Shown: piece after piece, positions 43,860 to 53,470 of the stretch
How positions within the stretch are numbered: the stretch's first letter is position 1
Layout: the number at the start of each line of letters is the position of its first letter
Origin: an uncultured Paraflavitalea sp.
GTDB lineage: Bacteria; Bacteroidota; Bacteroidia; Chitinophagales; Chitinophagaceae
NCBI GenBank assembly: GCA_966211765.1
Contig: CBIHOV010000011.1
Coordinates: 109,444-173,443 of the forward strand
Reading direction: 5' to 3'
DNA: 64,000 nt
Notes under the pieces: generated by a model
The model's database searches: none
What the model was told of the DNA's origin: nothing
What the model saw: only the letters and a program-made list of their open reading frames with translations
Position numbers and translations under genes: made by a program

Positions 43860-45905
43860 TTATTGATATTTAAGTTTGACCATAGTTAAAATGGTAGCAA
43901 TGGCTACCTGCTCGCCGGTTTGATCTGTCACATCTACCAGCCATTTTACAATACCCTTCTTCACATCGTCCCCTTCCTTCTTTTCCTGCACCGTTTTTTC
44001 CTTGCAGGTAAGTTGTACGCCGATCGTAGTACCTGCATAAACCGGTTTCAAAAAGCGGCATTCTTCCAGTCCATAGTTCAACAGCACCGGCCCCTTCTTC
44101 GCGTCAACAAACAGCCCGGCTGCAGCGCTAAGGATAAAATATCCGTGTGCGACTGGCTTCTCAAAAATGGTTCCTTCCAGCGAAGTGTGATCAGTATGCG
44201 CATAAAAGTGGTCCCAGCTTACATTCGCAAAGTTCACAATGTCTGCTTCCGTTACCGTGCGTTTATGCGTGATCACCGTATCGCCAATTGCCAGCTCTTC
44301 AAAGTATTTCCGGAAAGGATGCTTTTCTTCCTCCTTCACCGCAGCTCCACGCTGATAAACATTCGTGATCGATGTGATCACCGAAGGCGAACCTTGCACA
44401 GCTACCCGTTGCATATAATGTTTTACTCCCCGTGCCCCGCCCATCTCTTCTCCGCCACCTGCACGGCCAGGGCCACCATGCACCAATTGAGGTAGCGGCG
44501 ATCCATGACCCGTACTTTCTTTGGCGCATTCATTATTCAATACCAGGATGCGGCCATGATGCGACGCAGCGCCCAGCACAAAGTTCCGGGCAATCGAATG
44601 ATCCGCGGTGACGATTGAACAAACCAATGACCCCTTTCCTTTTTTGGCCAGTGTGGTAGCATCGGCCAATGTCTTATATGGCATGATCGTGCTGACTGGC
44701 CCAAAAGCTTCCACCTCATGTACTGCAGCACTTTCAAATGGCTTTTCATTCATCAGTAACAAGGGGCTCATAAATGCGCCTTTAGTAGCATCCGCATCCA
44801 GTACCTGCACACTGTCCAGTGAGCCAAATACGATCTGTGAAGAAGCCAGTAATTTCTGTACCTGATTTTTCACCTCTTCCCTTTGCGTTTGCCCGGCCAG
44901 TGCACCCATGCGTACCTGCTCATTCAAAGGATTGCCGATGGTGGTTTGGCCCAGTGCCTTACCTATGGCTTTCCACAAATCTTCCATCTTATTTTCCGGA
45001 ACAAAAATGCGGCGTATCGCTGTACACTTTTGACCTGCCTTCACCGTCATTTCCTTCCGTACCTCTTTTACAAAAATGTCCCATTCGGACATGCCGGGTT
45101 CCACATCCTCACCCAGCACTATACAGTTCAGTGAGTCAGCTTCCATAGTGAAAGGAACATTTTCCGACAACACCCTGGTATTTGACTTTAGTTTTAATCC
45201 CGTTGTGGCCGATCCAGTAAACGTGATTACATCCTGCGATACCACATGATCGAGTATATCACCCGCCGATCCGCACAACAATTGCAGTGCCCCTTCCGGT
45301 AAAATACCCGAGGCAATAATTTCCTTGACCACCGCTTCCGTAAGATAAGAGGTCACGGTTGCAGGTTTTACCACAGCAGGCATACCGGCCAGTAAGTTCA
45401 CGGCGATCTTTTCCAGCATGCCCCATACGGGGAAATTAAACGCATTGATATGGATGGCCACCCCTTCCCGTGGCACCAGTAAATGTTGGCCCATGAATGA
45501 ACCCTGCTTACTTAATCCTATTCCTTCACCATCCACGCAAAAGGTTTCATCCGGAAACTGCCGGCGCAGCGAAGCATAAGAAAACAGGTTACCGATGCCT
45601 CCTTCAATATCTATCCAGCTATCCGCTTTCGTGGCCCCGGTCTGATAACTGATCTTGTAAAATGTATCAAGGTGATTCCGTAGGTGGATTGCCAGCGCCC
45701 GCAGCATCCGGCCCCTTTCATGAAAAGTAAGTTTTCGAAGCGCCGGGCCTCCGGTATTCCTGCCATAATCAAGAATACCTGCAAAATCAAGGCCCTCTGT
45801 TGAAGCATGACCTATCAATGATCCGTTCACCGCGTCATACAGCGGCTGTCCTGTTCCATCGCCCGTGATCCATCGTCCTGTTACATAATTGGCAAGTTTA
45901 TTCAT
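43860..45905 (-). CDS. paaZ: bifunctional aldehyde dehydrogenase / MaoC-dehydratase, PaaZ-type
   Basis: About 681 aa with an N-terminal ALDH domain and a C-terminal MaoC hot-dog domain (HFYAHTDHT...AHGYFILS). I prefer the ATG at 45905 ([12 protein letters not shown]) over the TTG at 45917. Confidence 0.8.
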   Translation of the reverse strand: MNKLANYVTGRWITGDGTGQPLYDAVNGSLIGHASTEGLDFAGILDYGRNTGGPALRKLTFHERGRMLRALAIHLRNHLDTFYKISYQTGATKADSWIDIEGGIGNLFSYASLRRQFPDETFCVDGEGIGLSKQGSFMGQHLLVPREGVAIHINAFNFPVWGMLEKIAVNLLAGMPAVVKPATVTSYLTEAVVKEIIASGILPEGALQLLCGSAGDILDHVVSQDVITFTGSATTGLKLKSNTRVLSENVPFTMEADSLNCIVLGEDVEPGMSEWDIFVKEVRKEMTVKAGQKCTAIRRIFVPENKMEDLWKAIGKALGQTTIGNPLNEQVRMGALAGQTQREEVKNQVQKLLASSQIVFGSLDSVQVLDADATKGAFMSPLLLMNEKPFESAAVHEVEAFGPVSTIMPYKTLADATTLAKKGKGSLVCSIVTADHSIARNFVLGAASHHGRILVLNNECAKESTGHGSPLPQLVHGGPGRAGGGEEMGGARGVKHYMQRVAVQGSPSVITSITNVYQRGAAVKEEEKHPFRKYFEELAIGDTVITHKRTVTEADIVNFANVSWDHFYAHTDHTSLEGTIFEKPVAHGYFILSAAAGLFVDAKKGPVLLNYGLEECRFLKPVYAGTTIGVQLTCKEKTVQEKKEGDDVKKGIVKWLVDVTDQTGEQVAIATILTMVKLKYQ

Positions 45906-45913
45906 ATAGCAAA

Positions 45914-46432
45914 TCAATTAATGATAATAGAGGCCGCCAGCGAAGCATATCCCCTTTGCGTTTTATTATAACCAAACCCCGTCCAGCCAGCCTGCACATT
46001 CACCCGGTTAAAGTTTTTCGGTAGGTTAATGCCTGCAGCTATCCCATAGCCAGGTCTGAAAGCCGATGAAGGCATATCATTCATCATAAACCAGGTAAGC
46101 CCTCCACGCATCGATACATAAGCTTGGGGCGACAGGTAAGCTTTAATGCCTATTAATAACGGCAAGGCAAATGCCCTGTTCCTGGCCGCTTCATAATTTA
46201 CCTTGTCGCCTGTAAAATAGACATAACTGGCTTCGGCTTCTGCTGCAAAGGTCCTGGAAAATCGGCTTTCTGCGCCGGCCAACCCGCCAATACCTACCGT
46301 ATTGTTGGTTATTTTGGATAAACCAAAAGCCACCTGCGCCCCAAACCGGAAACTGTAGTTAGGCTTATTTTGAGCGCCGGCTCTCATGCACATAAAAAGA
46401 AGGATAAGAAAGCCCACACAGCACTTTTTCAT
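45914..46432 (-). CDS. small outer-membrane beta-barrel (porin-family) protein
   Basis: Signal peptide MKKCCVGFLILLFMCMRAGAQ followed by an alternating beta-strand pattern. I prefer the start at 46432. Confidence 0.6.
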   Translation of the reverse strand: MKKCCVGFLILLFMCMRAGAQNKPNYSFRFGAQVAFGLSKITNNTVGIGGLAGAESRFSRTFAAEAEASYVYFTGDKVNYEAARNRAFALPLLIGIKAYLSPQAYVSMRGGLTWFMMNDMPSSAFRPGYGIAAGINLPKNFNRVNVQAGWTGFGYNKTQRGYASLAASIIIN

Positions 46433-46533
46433 AAATGACCGGTATTGTGGTACTAAAATACTGTAAAGGTTCATTAATATGGATTGTATTTTTGTGGTCT
46501 CCGTCTTAACAGACACATTAAAAGCAAAGAATT

Positions 46534-47007
46534 ATGCATAATAAGATAAATTTATTTATAGGCATAACATGCCTCCTTATCATGGCCTGCAATGATGGCG
46601 CTACAGATACCCCAAGAACCGATGGTTTCAGTGCCAAACCCCTTACCAGGGAAGACTCCCTCCACAAAGAAGTAATGGACGGTCACGATGTTGGTATGGC
46701 AAAAATGGGCCGTGTCCGGAAATACCTGGCGCAGATACAGCAGCAGTTGGACAGCATTAGTAAACTGCCTGTAAAACAAGCGGATAACCAATACGTACAA
46801 GCCTTGACAGCCTTGCAGCAGGAGTTAAAAAAAGCAGAGAGTGGAATGAACACCTGGATGGAAGAATACCAGGATGATTCTGCCAGGACCAATGAAACCC
46901 TCCGCATTCAATACCTGGAAGCTGAAAAAGAGAAAGTCCAGGCTGTTAAAACCCAAATTCTCCAGAGCCTCCAGCGCGCCGATTCCCTATTGTTAAAAAC
47001 CCGTTAA
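46534..47007 (+). CDS. hypothetical lipoprotein (helical or coiled-coil)
   Basis: 157 aa with the lipobox LLIMAC. I recognise no family. Confidence 0.5.
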   Translation: MHNKINLFIGITCLLIMACNDGATDTPRTDGFSAKPLTREDSLHKEVMDGHDVGMAKMGRVRKYLAQIQQQLDSISKLPVKQADNQYVQALTALQQELKKAESGMNTWMEEYQDDSARTNETLRIQYLEAEKEKVQAVKTQILQSLQRADSLLLKTR

Positions 47008-47031
47008 GGCGCTGAATGACTTCCTTGGGAA

Positions 47032-47059
47032 GCTAACTGCCAAATGCTAACGGCTAACT
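47032..47059 (+). repeat. phased heptamer array H4
   Basis: GCTAACT GCCAAAT GCTAACG GCTAACT in an exact 7-nt register. It lies between the lipoprotein stop and the protease start. Confidence 0.6.
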
Positions 47060-47120
47060 CCTTTTCCCCCGTCAGCCTGTCAGGAATAGGAATTGGTAGA
47101 AAGTTTGACATTAAGAGTGT

Positions 47121-48110
47121 ATGGAAAACTCATCACCCGTGCAGTTGGTGCAGCATACTGATGCAGTACTGCTTGACACCTACTCAAAAACAATTACCGG
47201 CGTCGTCAATACTATTGCCGAAGCCGTAGTACATATACAGGTTACCAAAAAAATGCTTGACCGTCAAACCCGTCAGGAGCGGTTAATGCCCGGCAGCGGT
47301 TCAGGGTTCATCATTTCTTCCGATGGCTTCATTGTTACCAACCACCACGTTATTGAAAACGCTACCACCATCAAAGCATCTCTCGCCGATGGCAGACTGG
47401 TAACAGCCGAACTCAAAGGAGCCGATCCTTCCACCGATATAGCAGTTTTAAAGATTTATGAAACCAACCTGAAGGCATTGACCTTTGCCGACTCGGGGCA
47501 GCTGCAACCGGGGCAGATCGCTATTGCGATTGGTAATCCCCTGGGATTACAACATACAGTTACTGCCGGTGTGGTAAGCGCCCTGGGAAGAACATTGCGC
47601 GCATCCAATGGCCGCCTGATAGATGATATCATTCAAACCGATGCATCCCTCAATCCTGGCAATTCAGGAGGTCCCCTCGTCAATTCCCTGGGCCAGGTGA
47701 TAGGCGTCAATACCGCAATGATTCCTACTGCCCACGGCATTTGTTTCGCGGTATCTTCCAACCTCGCTGCATATGTAGCAGGAAAACTCATTATCCATGG
47801 CCTCGTAAAACGTGCCTGGCTGGGCATCGCTGGTCAATCTGTCAACCTCACCGAGCGTATGAGGGCTGCCAATAAACTTACGGCAAAAACGGGCGTTTAT
47901 GTATTTGAGATTGTGGCCGATGGCCCTGTTTACAACAATGAACTCCGTACCGGCGATATCATTGTAGGTTTCGGTGAAAAGGCCGTGAGCTCGGTAGATG
48001 ATCTCCACCAGCAATTAAATGACCAGGTCATTGGCCAGCGTACACCCCTTCATGTATTGCGTGGCGGCCATAAAATGACCGTCACTGTTATTCCAGGCGA
48101 AATGAAATAA
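47121..48110 (+). CDS. S1C (HtrA/DegP-like) serine protease with one PDZ domain
   Basis: Catalytic triad contexts TNHHV, DIAVLK and GNSGGPL, with a C-terminal PDZ. I saw no obvious signal peptide. Confidence 0.85.
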   Translation: MENSSPVQLVQHTDAVLLDTYSKTITGVVNTIAEAVVHIQVTKKMLDRQTRQERLMPGSGSGFIISSDGFIVTNHHVIENATTIKASLADGRLVTAELKGADPSTDIAVLKIYETNLKALTFADSGQLQPGQIAIAIGNPLGLQHTVTAGVVSALGRTLRASNGRLIDDIIQTDASLNPGNSGGPLVNSLGQVIGVNTAMIPTAHGICFAVSSNLAAYVAGKLIIHGLVKRAWLGIAGQSVNLTERMRAANKLTAKTGVYVFEIVADGPVYNNELRTGDIIVGFGEKAVSSVDDLHQQLNDQVIGQRTPLHVLRGGHKMTVTVIPGEMK

Positions 48111-48121
48111 TGATAAAAGAA

Positions 48122-48159
48122 AAAGGGTGGGTCACCTTCCGCAGGTGGCCCACCCTTTT
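48122..48159. terminator. terminator (GGGTC...GCCCA hairpin family)
   Basis: AAAGGGTGGGTCACC-TTCCGCA-GGTGGCCCACCCTTT has the same architecture and the same G-U position as 42928-42964, with a compensatory G-C to A-T change in the stem. Confidence 0.85.
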
Positions 48160-48172
48160 ATGTTGTTATCCC

Positions 48173-48248
48173 GAATGGAGTATTCCTCTCCTTTTGTTCA
48201 TTTCGTTCGAAGCGAAGCACAGTGAGCGATCTGCTATTGAAGCAAATG
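48173..48248 (+). repeat. R1 dispersed repeat, copy D
   Basis: The sequence is GAATGGAGTATTCCTCTCCTTTTGTTCATTTCGTTCGAAGCGAAGCACAGTGAGCGATCTGCTATTGAAGCAAATG. It starts like copy A (GAATGG.GT) and ends like copies A-C. Confidence 0.7.
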
Positions 48249-48267
48249 CACTCACCACTGGCTCTCC

Positions 48268-51200
48268 CTAGCGCACAATCAGTTTTTTCAGGTAGCTCTT
48301 GTGATCATGCTCTACCTGCAGCAAGTATATTCCCGACGGCAATTTGCCGGCTTCTATAGTTTGTGCAAAACGTCCAATAAATCCTGGTGTACGATTGATG
48401 AATACCTTTTGCCCGATCGCGTTCATGATCGTTATGTTCAGGTCGGCCTTCTTACTCACCGTAAAGTCAAGCACAAAGCGGCCATCATTCGGATTCGGCA
48501 TCACCTTCAGGCCAATCTCTGATGGGTCAATATTAGGAATGCCTGTTACACCAAACGTGATCTCGTTTGAAGAGCTATTACAGCCGAGCGGTGAGGTTAC
48601 TATGGATTGGTAAATGCCACTCACGGTAGCATTATGTGTTTGACCGGTAGCACCCGCGATCAGGTTACTGTTAACATACCACTGATTGCCTGTAGCTACG
48701 CTGCTGTTGAAAGTACTGCCGGTTAAAGTAATAGCTGGTGTCACGGAGGTGGTGGCTACTACCGGAACCCTGTCGCTCGCACAACCGTTCAACCGCACAC
48801 GCATATCATAAAAGAAATAATAGAACTTTTGGAAGTAGTTCGGGTCAGTGGCCAGCACTGCGCTATTGCCGGTGATGGATATAACACCAGGAATGCTGAA
48901 AGGATAAGGACTGGTGGTAACTCCATTATTCCGGAACAGGGTAGCTCCATCACTCATTTGCATGAGCATGATATGATCGCCCGGATCGGGTACAGCCAGG
49001 TTCACAGCAAACACACCGCCAACATCAGCCGGATTATCAGGCTGCGCACCGGCGCCCGTATTGGGGTTCGTTGGTCCTACCGCCAGCGTAGTGGTTGAAA
49101 TGGGACTGATCGTAAAAGATCCATCTGGATTAACAACACCTAGGTCCGCAATTGTTATAGTTACTTTTCCGGCACTGCCCACATACAGCTTTAAACTTTC
49201 AATAGTCAGTGGCACAGAAGAAGTAAACTTCAGGTAGTTGCCGGTGAAAGCATTACCATAACTGCCCACACCCAACGTGTTTTTATTCACCGGACCTACT
49301 TTGCCACTCAGGTCATTCCTGCCCACATAATAAGTCTTATCCGCCCTGATTACTGTACTGGTAGCAGTAGCGCCACCTACGGCAATAGGAGTGGTAGCAG
49401 TGGCGCTCTCATACCATACCATAAGATCAGAGCCCGCATTCGTTGTATTCAACAACACACTGGTATTGTTACAGATCTCTGCCTGTGCAACCGGGTTGGC
49501 CGGTGCGGTATTCACCACCATCGTGGTCGTTTGCTCATCGTTGCCAGCATTTTGATCACCGGCTGCCGCTGCTTTCACTGCGATCGTATAGGTTTTACCG
49601 GCAACTGCGGCAAAGGGGGTTTGAAAAGTATATTCCACTTCTCCTGAAGCTGCAACGGTAGGTACATAAGTACCGGATAGATTAATGACCAGGTTGGCCC
49701 CTTCTTTCACAGTACCCGACAAAACAATATTGGACTTGGCAACAGTGCCAAGGTTCTTGAACCGGATACTCACGTATTGGCTGGCACTGGCGCAACCCGT
49801 ACTGAAAGGGGATACAATTGCTATTATACCTACATCATTCGATGGTTTGGCAAACAGGATGCGGTAATCCTGCGTTTCCCCTTTGCCATAAGGGGTACAG
49901 GGGGTTACATCATTTGGATTGGAGGTTTCTTGTACTATTACCCGGAGAACACCATAATTACCCGTTGAAAAACCTGCTGGTATGGTCACATTGGTTTGGA
50001 ATACATCATCTCCGTTGATAACCCCGCTGGTGGCAATCAATTCCCCTGCATCATCAAAATCACCATCATTATTAACATCAAGCCAGGCCTTTACTATCTT
50101 GTCGACAGCCCCGCCAGCACAGGCATTTACCCTTACGTACAATGGAACCGTACTATTGGTTTCCACAACACCTGTAATATTGGTAAAATTGCTATACCCG
50201 GCACAGCCGGCTGCATTGAGTTTTTGAATACCGCCAAAAGATACACTGTCAATTCGGGCACCATTACCTATAGTGGGAGCAGATGTTTTACAATAAGCCG
50301 CCCCGCCTGCGCCACTTACGATCAATGAGTAGGCTTGCGAACCCCTCGCCAATGTTCCTTTATGCGATACGGTGATCTTGTACGTCGCACCCGGCTCCAC
50401 ATCACTTACCTCTATCTTTTCTACATTATCACGGATATTATCGCCGGTGGTAGCTGCCGCGGAAGGTATACCGGGGTCCAGTATCCAGGGCATATAAGTA
50501 GTAGCTCCCTTGGTGATCCTGATATCGAGGTCATTGATGAGTTTGATAGAGTTGTTATTGATTACCTGCGCACCGGGCGTGCCTCTGGGATCGGTCCAGC
50601 AAAGTGTAGCTGTCAGGATGCCTTTACCCGAAGCCACTACATCAAAACTGATACTGCCGGTATTACTCAGCGTATTCTCCCGTATCTGGAAACTAGTGCC
50701 GCTGTTGGCGCCCGTGATCACATTAGCAGCTTTCGCTGCATTCACCACGCCCCAGCCATATTTATAATCAGGTCCTGGCGCAGGTCCTGCTTCATCAGCT
50801 GTATGGATCACCAGCGCTTTTAAAGTAGCAGACCGCATAAAGCTGCCGGCATGCAACTGCGCATAATATTCCTGCAACAGGGTCAGCGATCCTGCCGTAG
50901 CAGGTGTGGCCATAGAAGTACCGCTGTAAATGGCATAGGCATTATCAGTTGTGCCAATAGAAGAGAACAGGTTTACGCCATCGGCTACCACATCCGGTTT
51001 AATGCGACCATCATCCGTTGGACCCCAGCTGCTGAAGCTGGAGATCACGGCATCTTCCGGACGGCTATAACCCGAGGGAATAGCCTCAATAGCACCAACC
51101 GTCAATATGTTTTTGGCAGTACCCGAAGTGGGGATAATATCATAGCTGTTATTACTGCTGATGCCCGGGGGCCTCACGCCCGCATCGATCAGCACATTGG

Positions 51201-52044
51201 AAGCATTGTACCGCCAGTAAGCAGTTCCTTCAGCAGGGCCCGTCTGGTTGCGGTTGTTACCAGATGATTTAACGATCAGGTGGAAGGGCGCATTGTACGC
51301 AATAGAGTCCCATACTTCTGCCTCTGTTGAATAATAGCCGAATTTGTAATCTTCATTCGTATTCCATTGGCCCCTGAATTCCCAGCGGTTCGAAGCAGTG
51401 TTCTGGTACCAGCCGCAGATCGTTCCATAAGAATGGTTCGACAGCAACATCCCATTGTTACTCTCCAGCAACATCTCCGAAAGATTGTTATCGAAATCAT
51501 ACACCACCAGCTCCTGAAGACCATAAGCCATGCCCTTTGCCCGGGGATTTACACCGGAAGCCATTAGGGTTCCTGCTACGTGTGTTGTATGATCGCTGAT
51601 CGAAACATTTTGTTTGTTGTTGATGCGGCCATTCAGCTCTACATGCGTAGGCCTTGCCCTTCCACCATCCCAAACCCCCAGCTTTCCTTTTACAGAAGCC
51701 GAAGAGCCCGAAAGTGTAAGCCCTAAACCTCCTCCCGACCATAGCCTGTTGGTACTGGTCGTAGCCGCTGCATCAATATTATTGTCAGTACTGGTATAAA
51801 GAGGGTAACCCCCGGCATCTATACCGGTCAGCAAAACCTGTTCGCCATTTTTATTTTTAAAAGACAATGGCCAGTTCTTTTCTTTGGCTACCTTTTGTAG
51901 CTGTACCTTAAGCAGCTTTTCCTTCGCTGCCTGCTCCGTAGCGGCACGTTGTAAAATGGCTGTTCTCGTAACCGTTTGGGAATACGCACTTGTCCAAAAA
52001 CCCGTAAGAAGAACAAAAAGGGGTACAATTTTCTGCTTAGGCAT
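48268..52044 (-). CDS. S8 (subtilisin-like) serine peptidase with large beta-rich extension and T9SS C-terminal sorting domain
   Basis: 1258 aa with a signal peptide. S8 His context DHTTHVAGT and Ser context SGTSMATPATAGS, a GDFDDAGE (GEVED-like) block, and the tail ...LPSGIYLLQVEHDHKSYLKKLIVR. Confidence 0.88.
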   Translation of the reverse strand: MPKQKIVPLFVLLTGFWTSAYSQTVTRTAILQRAATEQAAKEKLLKVQLQKVAKEKNWPLSFKNKNGEQVLLTGIDAGGYPLYTSTDNNIDAAATTSTNRLWSGGGLGLTLSGSSASVKGKLGVWDGGRARPTHVELNGRINNKQNVSISDHTTHVAGTLMASGVNPRAKGMAYGLQELVVYDFDNNLSEMLLESNNGMLLSNHSYGTICGWYQNTASNRWEFRGQWNTNEDYKFGYYSTEAEVWDSIAYNAPFHLIVKSSGNNRNQTGPAEGTAYWRYNASNVLIDAGVRPPGISSNNSYDIIPTSGTAKNILTVGAIEAIPSGYSRPEDAVISSFSSWGPTDDGRIKPDVVADGVNLFSSIGTTDNAYAIYSGTSMATPATAGSLTLLQEYYAQLHAGSFMRSATLKALVIHTADEAGPAPGPDYKYGWGVVNAAKAANVITGANSGTSFQIRENTLSNTGSISFDVVASGKGILTATLCWTDPRGTPGAQVINNNSIKLINDLDIRITKGATTYMPWILDPGIPSAAATTGDNIRDNVEKIEVSDVEPGATYKITVSHKGTLARGSQAYSLIVSGAGGAAYCKTSAPTIGNGARIDSVSFGGIQKLNAAGCAGYSNFTNITGVVETNSTVPLYVRVNACAGGAVDKIVKAWLDVNNDGDFDDAGELIATSGVINGDDVFQTNVTIPAGFSTGNYGVLRVIVQETSNPNDVTPCTPYGKGETQDYRILFAKPSNDVGIIAIVSPFSTGCASASQYVSIRFKNLGTVAKSNIVLSGTVKEGANLVINLSGTYVPTVAASGEVEYTFQTPFAAVAGKTYTIAVKAAAAGDQNAGNDEQTTTMVVNTAPANPVAQAEICNNTSVLLNTTNAGSDLMVWYESATATTPIAVGGATATSTVIRADKTYYVGRNDLSGKVGPVNKNTLGVGSYGNAFTGNYLKFTSSVPLTIESLKLYVGSAGKVTITIADLGVVNPDGSFTISPISTTTLAVGPTNPNTGAGAQPDNPADVGGVFAVNLAVPDPGDHIMLMQMSDGATLFRNNGVTTSPYPFSIPGVISITGNSAVLATDPNYFQKFYYFFYDMRVRLNGCASDRVPVVATTSVTPAITLTGSTFNSSVATGNQWYVNSNLIAGATGQTHNATVSGIYQSIVTSPLGCNSSSNEITFGVTGIPNIDPSEIGLKVMPNPNDGRFVLDFTVSKKADLNITIMNAIGQKVFINRTPGFIGRFAQTIEAGKLPSGIYLLQVEHDHKSYLKKLIVR

Positions 52045-52132
52045 AAAGTTTTTTGCAGTTAATTAAAAAACGATACTTTAGGAATCCCGGTTGCTAAACG
52101 GTCCCTTAAATTTACTCATAAACCTTCCGAAA

Positions 52133-52591
52133 ATGATAAAAAAGCTTGTAAATCCACTGTTATTATTGCCGTTAGTAGTACTCTGCTGTTCATATACGTG
52201 CATTTTTGGCAGAAAGGAGGGATTAAAGGGAAATATTTACAGGGTACAAGGCAACCAGATGCCGGCCCCCGGCGAGCCATCTACCCTCCCGCAGCCCTTC
52301 CAAACCACGTTGTACATTTACGAACTTACCAATGCTTCCCAGGTAAAGAACGCTGCACAGCCCTCCTTCTATACAGCCATTAAAACAAAACTCATAAAAG
52401 AAGTGAGGTCTGATAAAAAGGGGGCTTTCAAAGTAAAGCTGCCCCCAGGCCAGTATTCCCTGTTCGTCAAAAAGGACAATCTATTTTATGCCAACCTCTA
52501 TGATGACAAGAACAACATTGCCCCCGTTACAGTAATAAAAGGTAAATATTCGATCATCGAAGTGAAGGCCGATTACGGCGCTGTCTATTAA
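52133..52591 (+). CDS. hypothetical secreted beta-sandwich protein
   Basis: Start taken at MIKKLVNPLLLLPLVVLCCS. KGAFKVKLPPGQYSLFV resembles carboxypeptidase-regulatory-like folds. Confidence 0.5.
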   Translation: MIKKLVNPLLLLPLVVLCCSYTCIFGRKEGLKGNIYRVQGNQMPAPGEPSTLPQPFQTTLYIYELTNASQVKNAAQPSFYTAIKTKLIKEVRSDKKGAFKVKLPPGQYSLFVKKDNLFYANLYDDKNNIAPVTVIKGKYSIIEVKADYGAVY

Positions 52592-52644
52592 TTCGTCCAG
52601 AATCCCCCTGCGCACATCGGAGCTACCCACTTACCTGCAAAAAA

Positions 52645-52666
52645 AGCCTCCCGTTACCGGAAGGCT
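52645..52666. terminator. terminator between convergent hypothetical genes
   Basis: AGCCTCCCG-TTAC-CGGAAGGCT gives 9 positions with 1 mismatch. It is preceded by A7, which is the T-run for the minus-strand gene. Confidence 0.55.
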
Positions 52667-52691
52667 TTCAATCTATTAACACCTTTATTGT

Positions 52692-53138
52692 TTACCATTT
52701 TCCCTTGTGGTCACGGTCATCATCCCTTTTGCCATAATCATGGTCCCGGTCATTGTCACGGCCCCATTTGTCATCACGGCCATAAGGATCAAAACCTGAT
52801 TTTCTTACTACTACATAATCGTTACGATTCACATTCAGGTTCACCGACTGATCGGGTGCTACAAACACATTGTCACTGTAGAGAACCTTTGTTTTCATTC
52901 TACCGAAGATGCCCCTGCGTTCCATGCGGTAGATCTCAACCCGGTGACTACCCGGTTTAATGCTGTTGAGTACAAGATCATTGCGGTCCATATTATAGCG
53001 CTGGCCATCAATTTTTACAATGAGGTTACCAAATGTATTGCTGGTCACTGAAATCTTTCCTTTCTTCGGACGATCAGCAGCAAATGAAGCAACACTAAGG
53101 CTAATCAGGATCGCGGCGAGTGTAAAGATCTTTTTCAT
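52692..53138 (-). CDS. hypothetical secreted protein with highly charged Asp/Arg/His tail
   Basis: Signal peptide MKKIFTLAAILISLSVASFA and C-terminal GRDDKWGRDNDRDHDYGKRDDDRDHKGKW. Confidence 0.5.
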   Translation of the reverse strand: MKKIFTLAAILISLSVASFAADRPKKGKISVTSNTFGNLIVKIDGQRYNMDRNDLVLNSIKPGSHRVEIYRMERRGIFGRMKTKVLYSDNVFVAPDQSVNLNVNRNDYVVVRKSGFDPYGRDDKWGRDNDRDHDYGKRDDDRDHKGKW

Positions 53139-53372
53139 AACTTGTTTCCTCCGTTTTGTTTTATACTATAATAGAATCCAAACAAGCCTGCTCGTTTACA
53201 AAAGCAATGTTAAAGCCTGCCCGCGACCATTAACCCACCCCTCGTTGTTTCATGCTTTTAATAATGCAACTCGTGCATGTTGTGCATTCTTGTTAAAGTG
53301 AATTTCAGTAACCTTGTGTTCTAAGTGCTCTGATTATCGGAATTAGGGTTTCAAGCATTTAGACATACGGTC

Positions 53373-53404
53373 GGGAAGGGTTTTTACCCTTCCCTTATTT
53401 GTTT
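53373..53404 (+). terminator. orphan intrinsic terminator 77 nt upstream of the next start codon
   Basis: GGGAAGGGT-TTTT-ACCCTTCCC forms a perfect 9-bp stem followed by TTATTTGTTTT. No plus-strand CDS lies upstream of it. Confidence 0.65.
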
Positions 53405-53470
53405 TGGTACCACGGGATGATAGCCTTCTGGGTTTTTCTTGTTATCTTTTAACAGACAAAATCACCTGCT

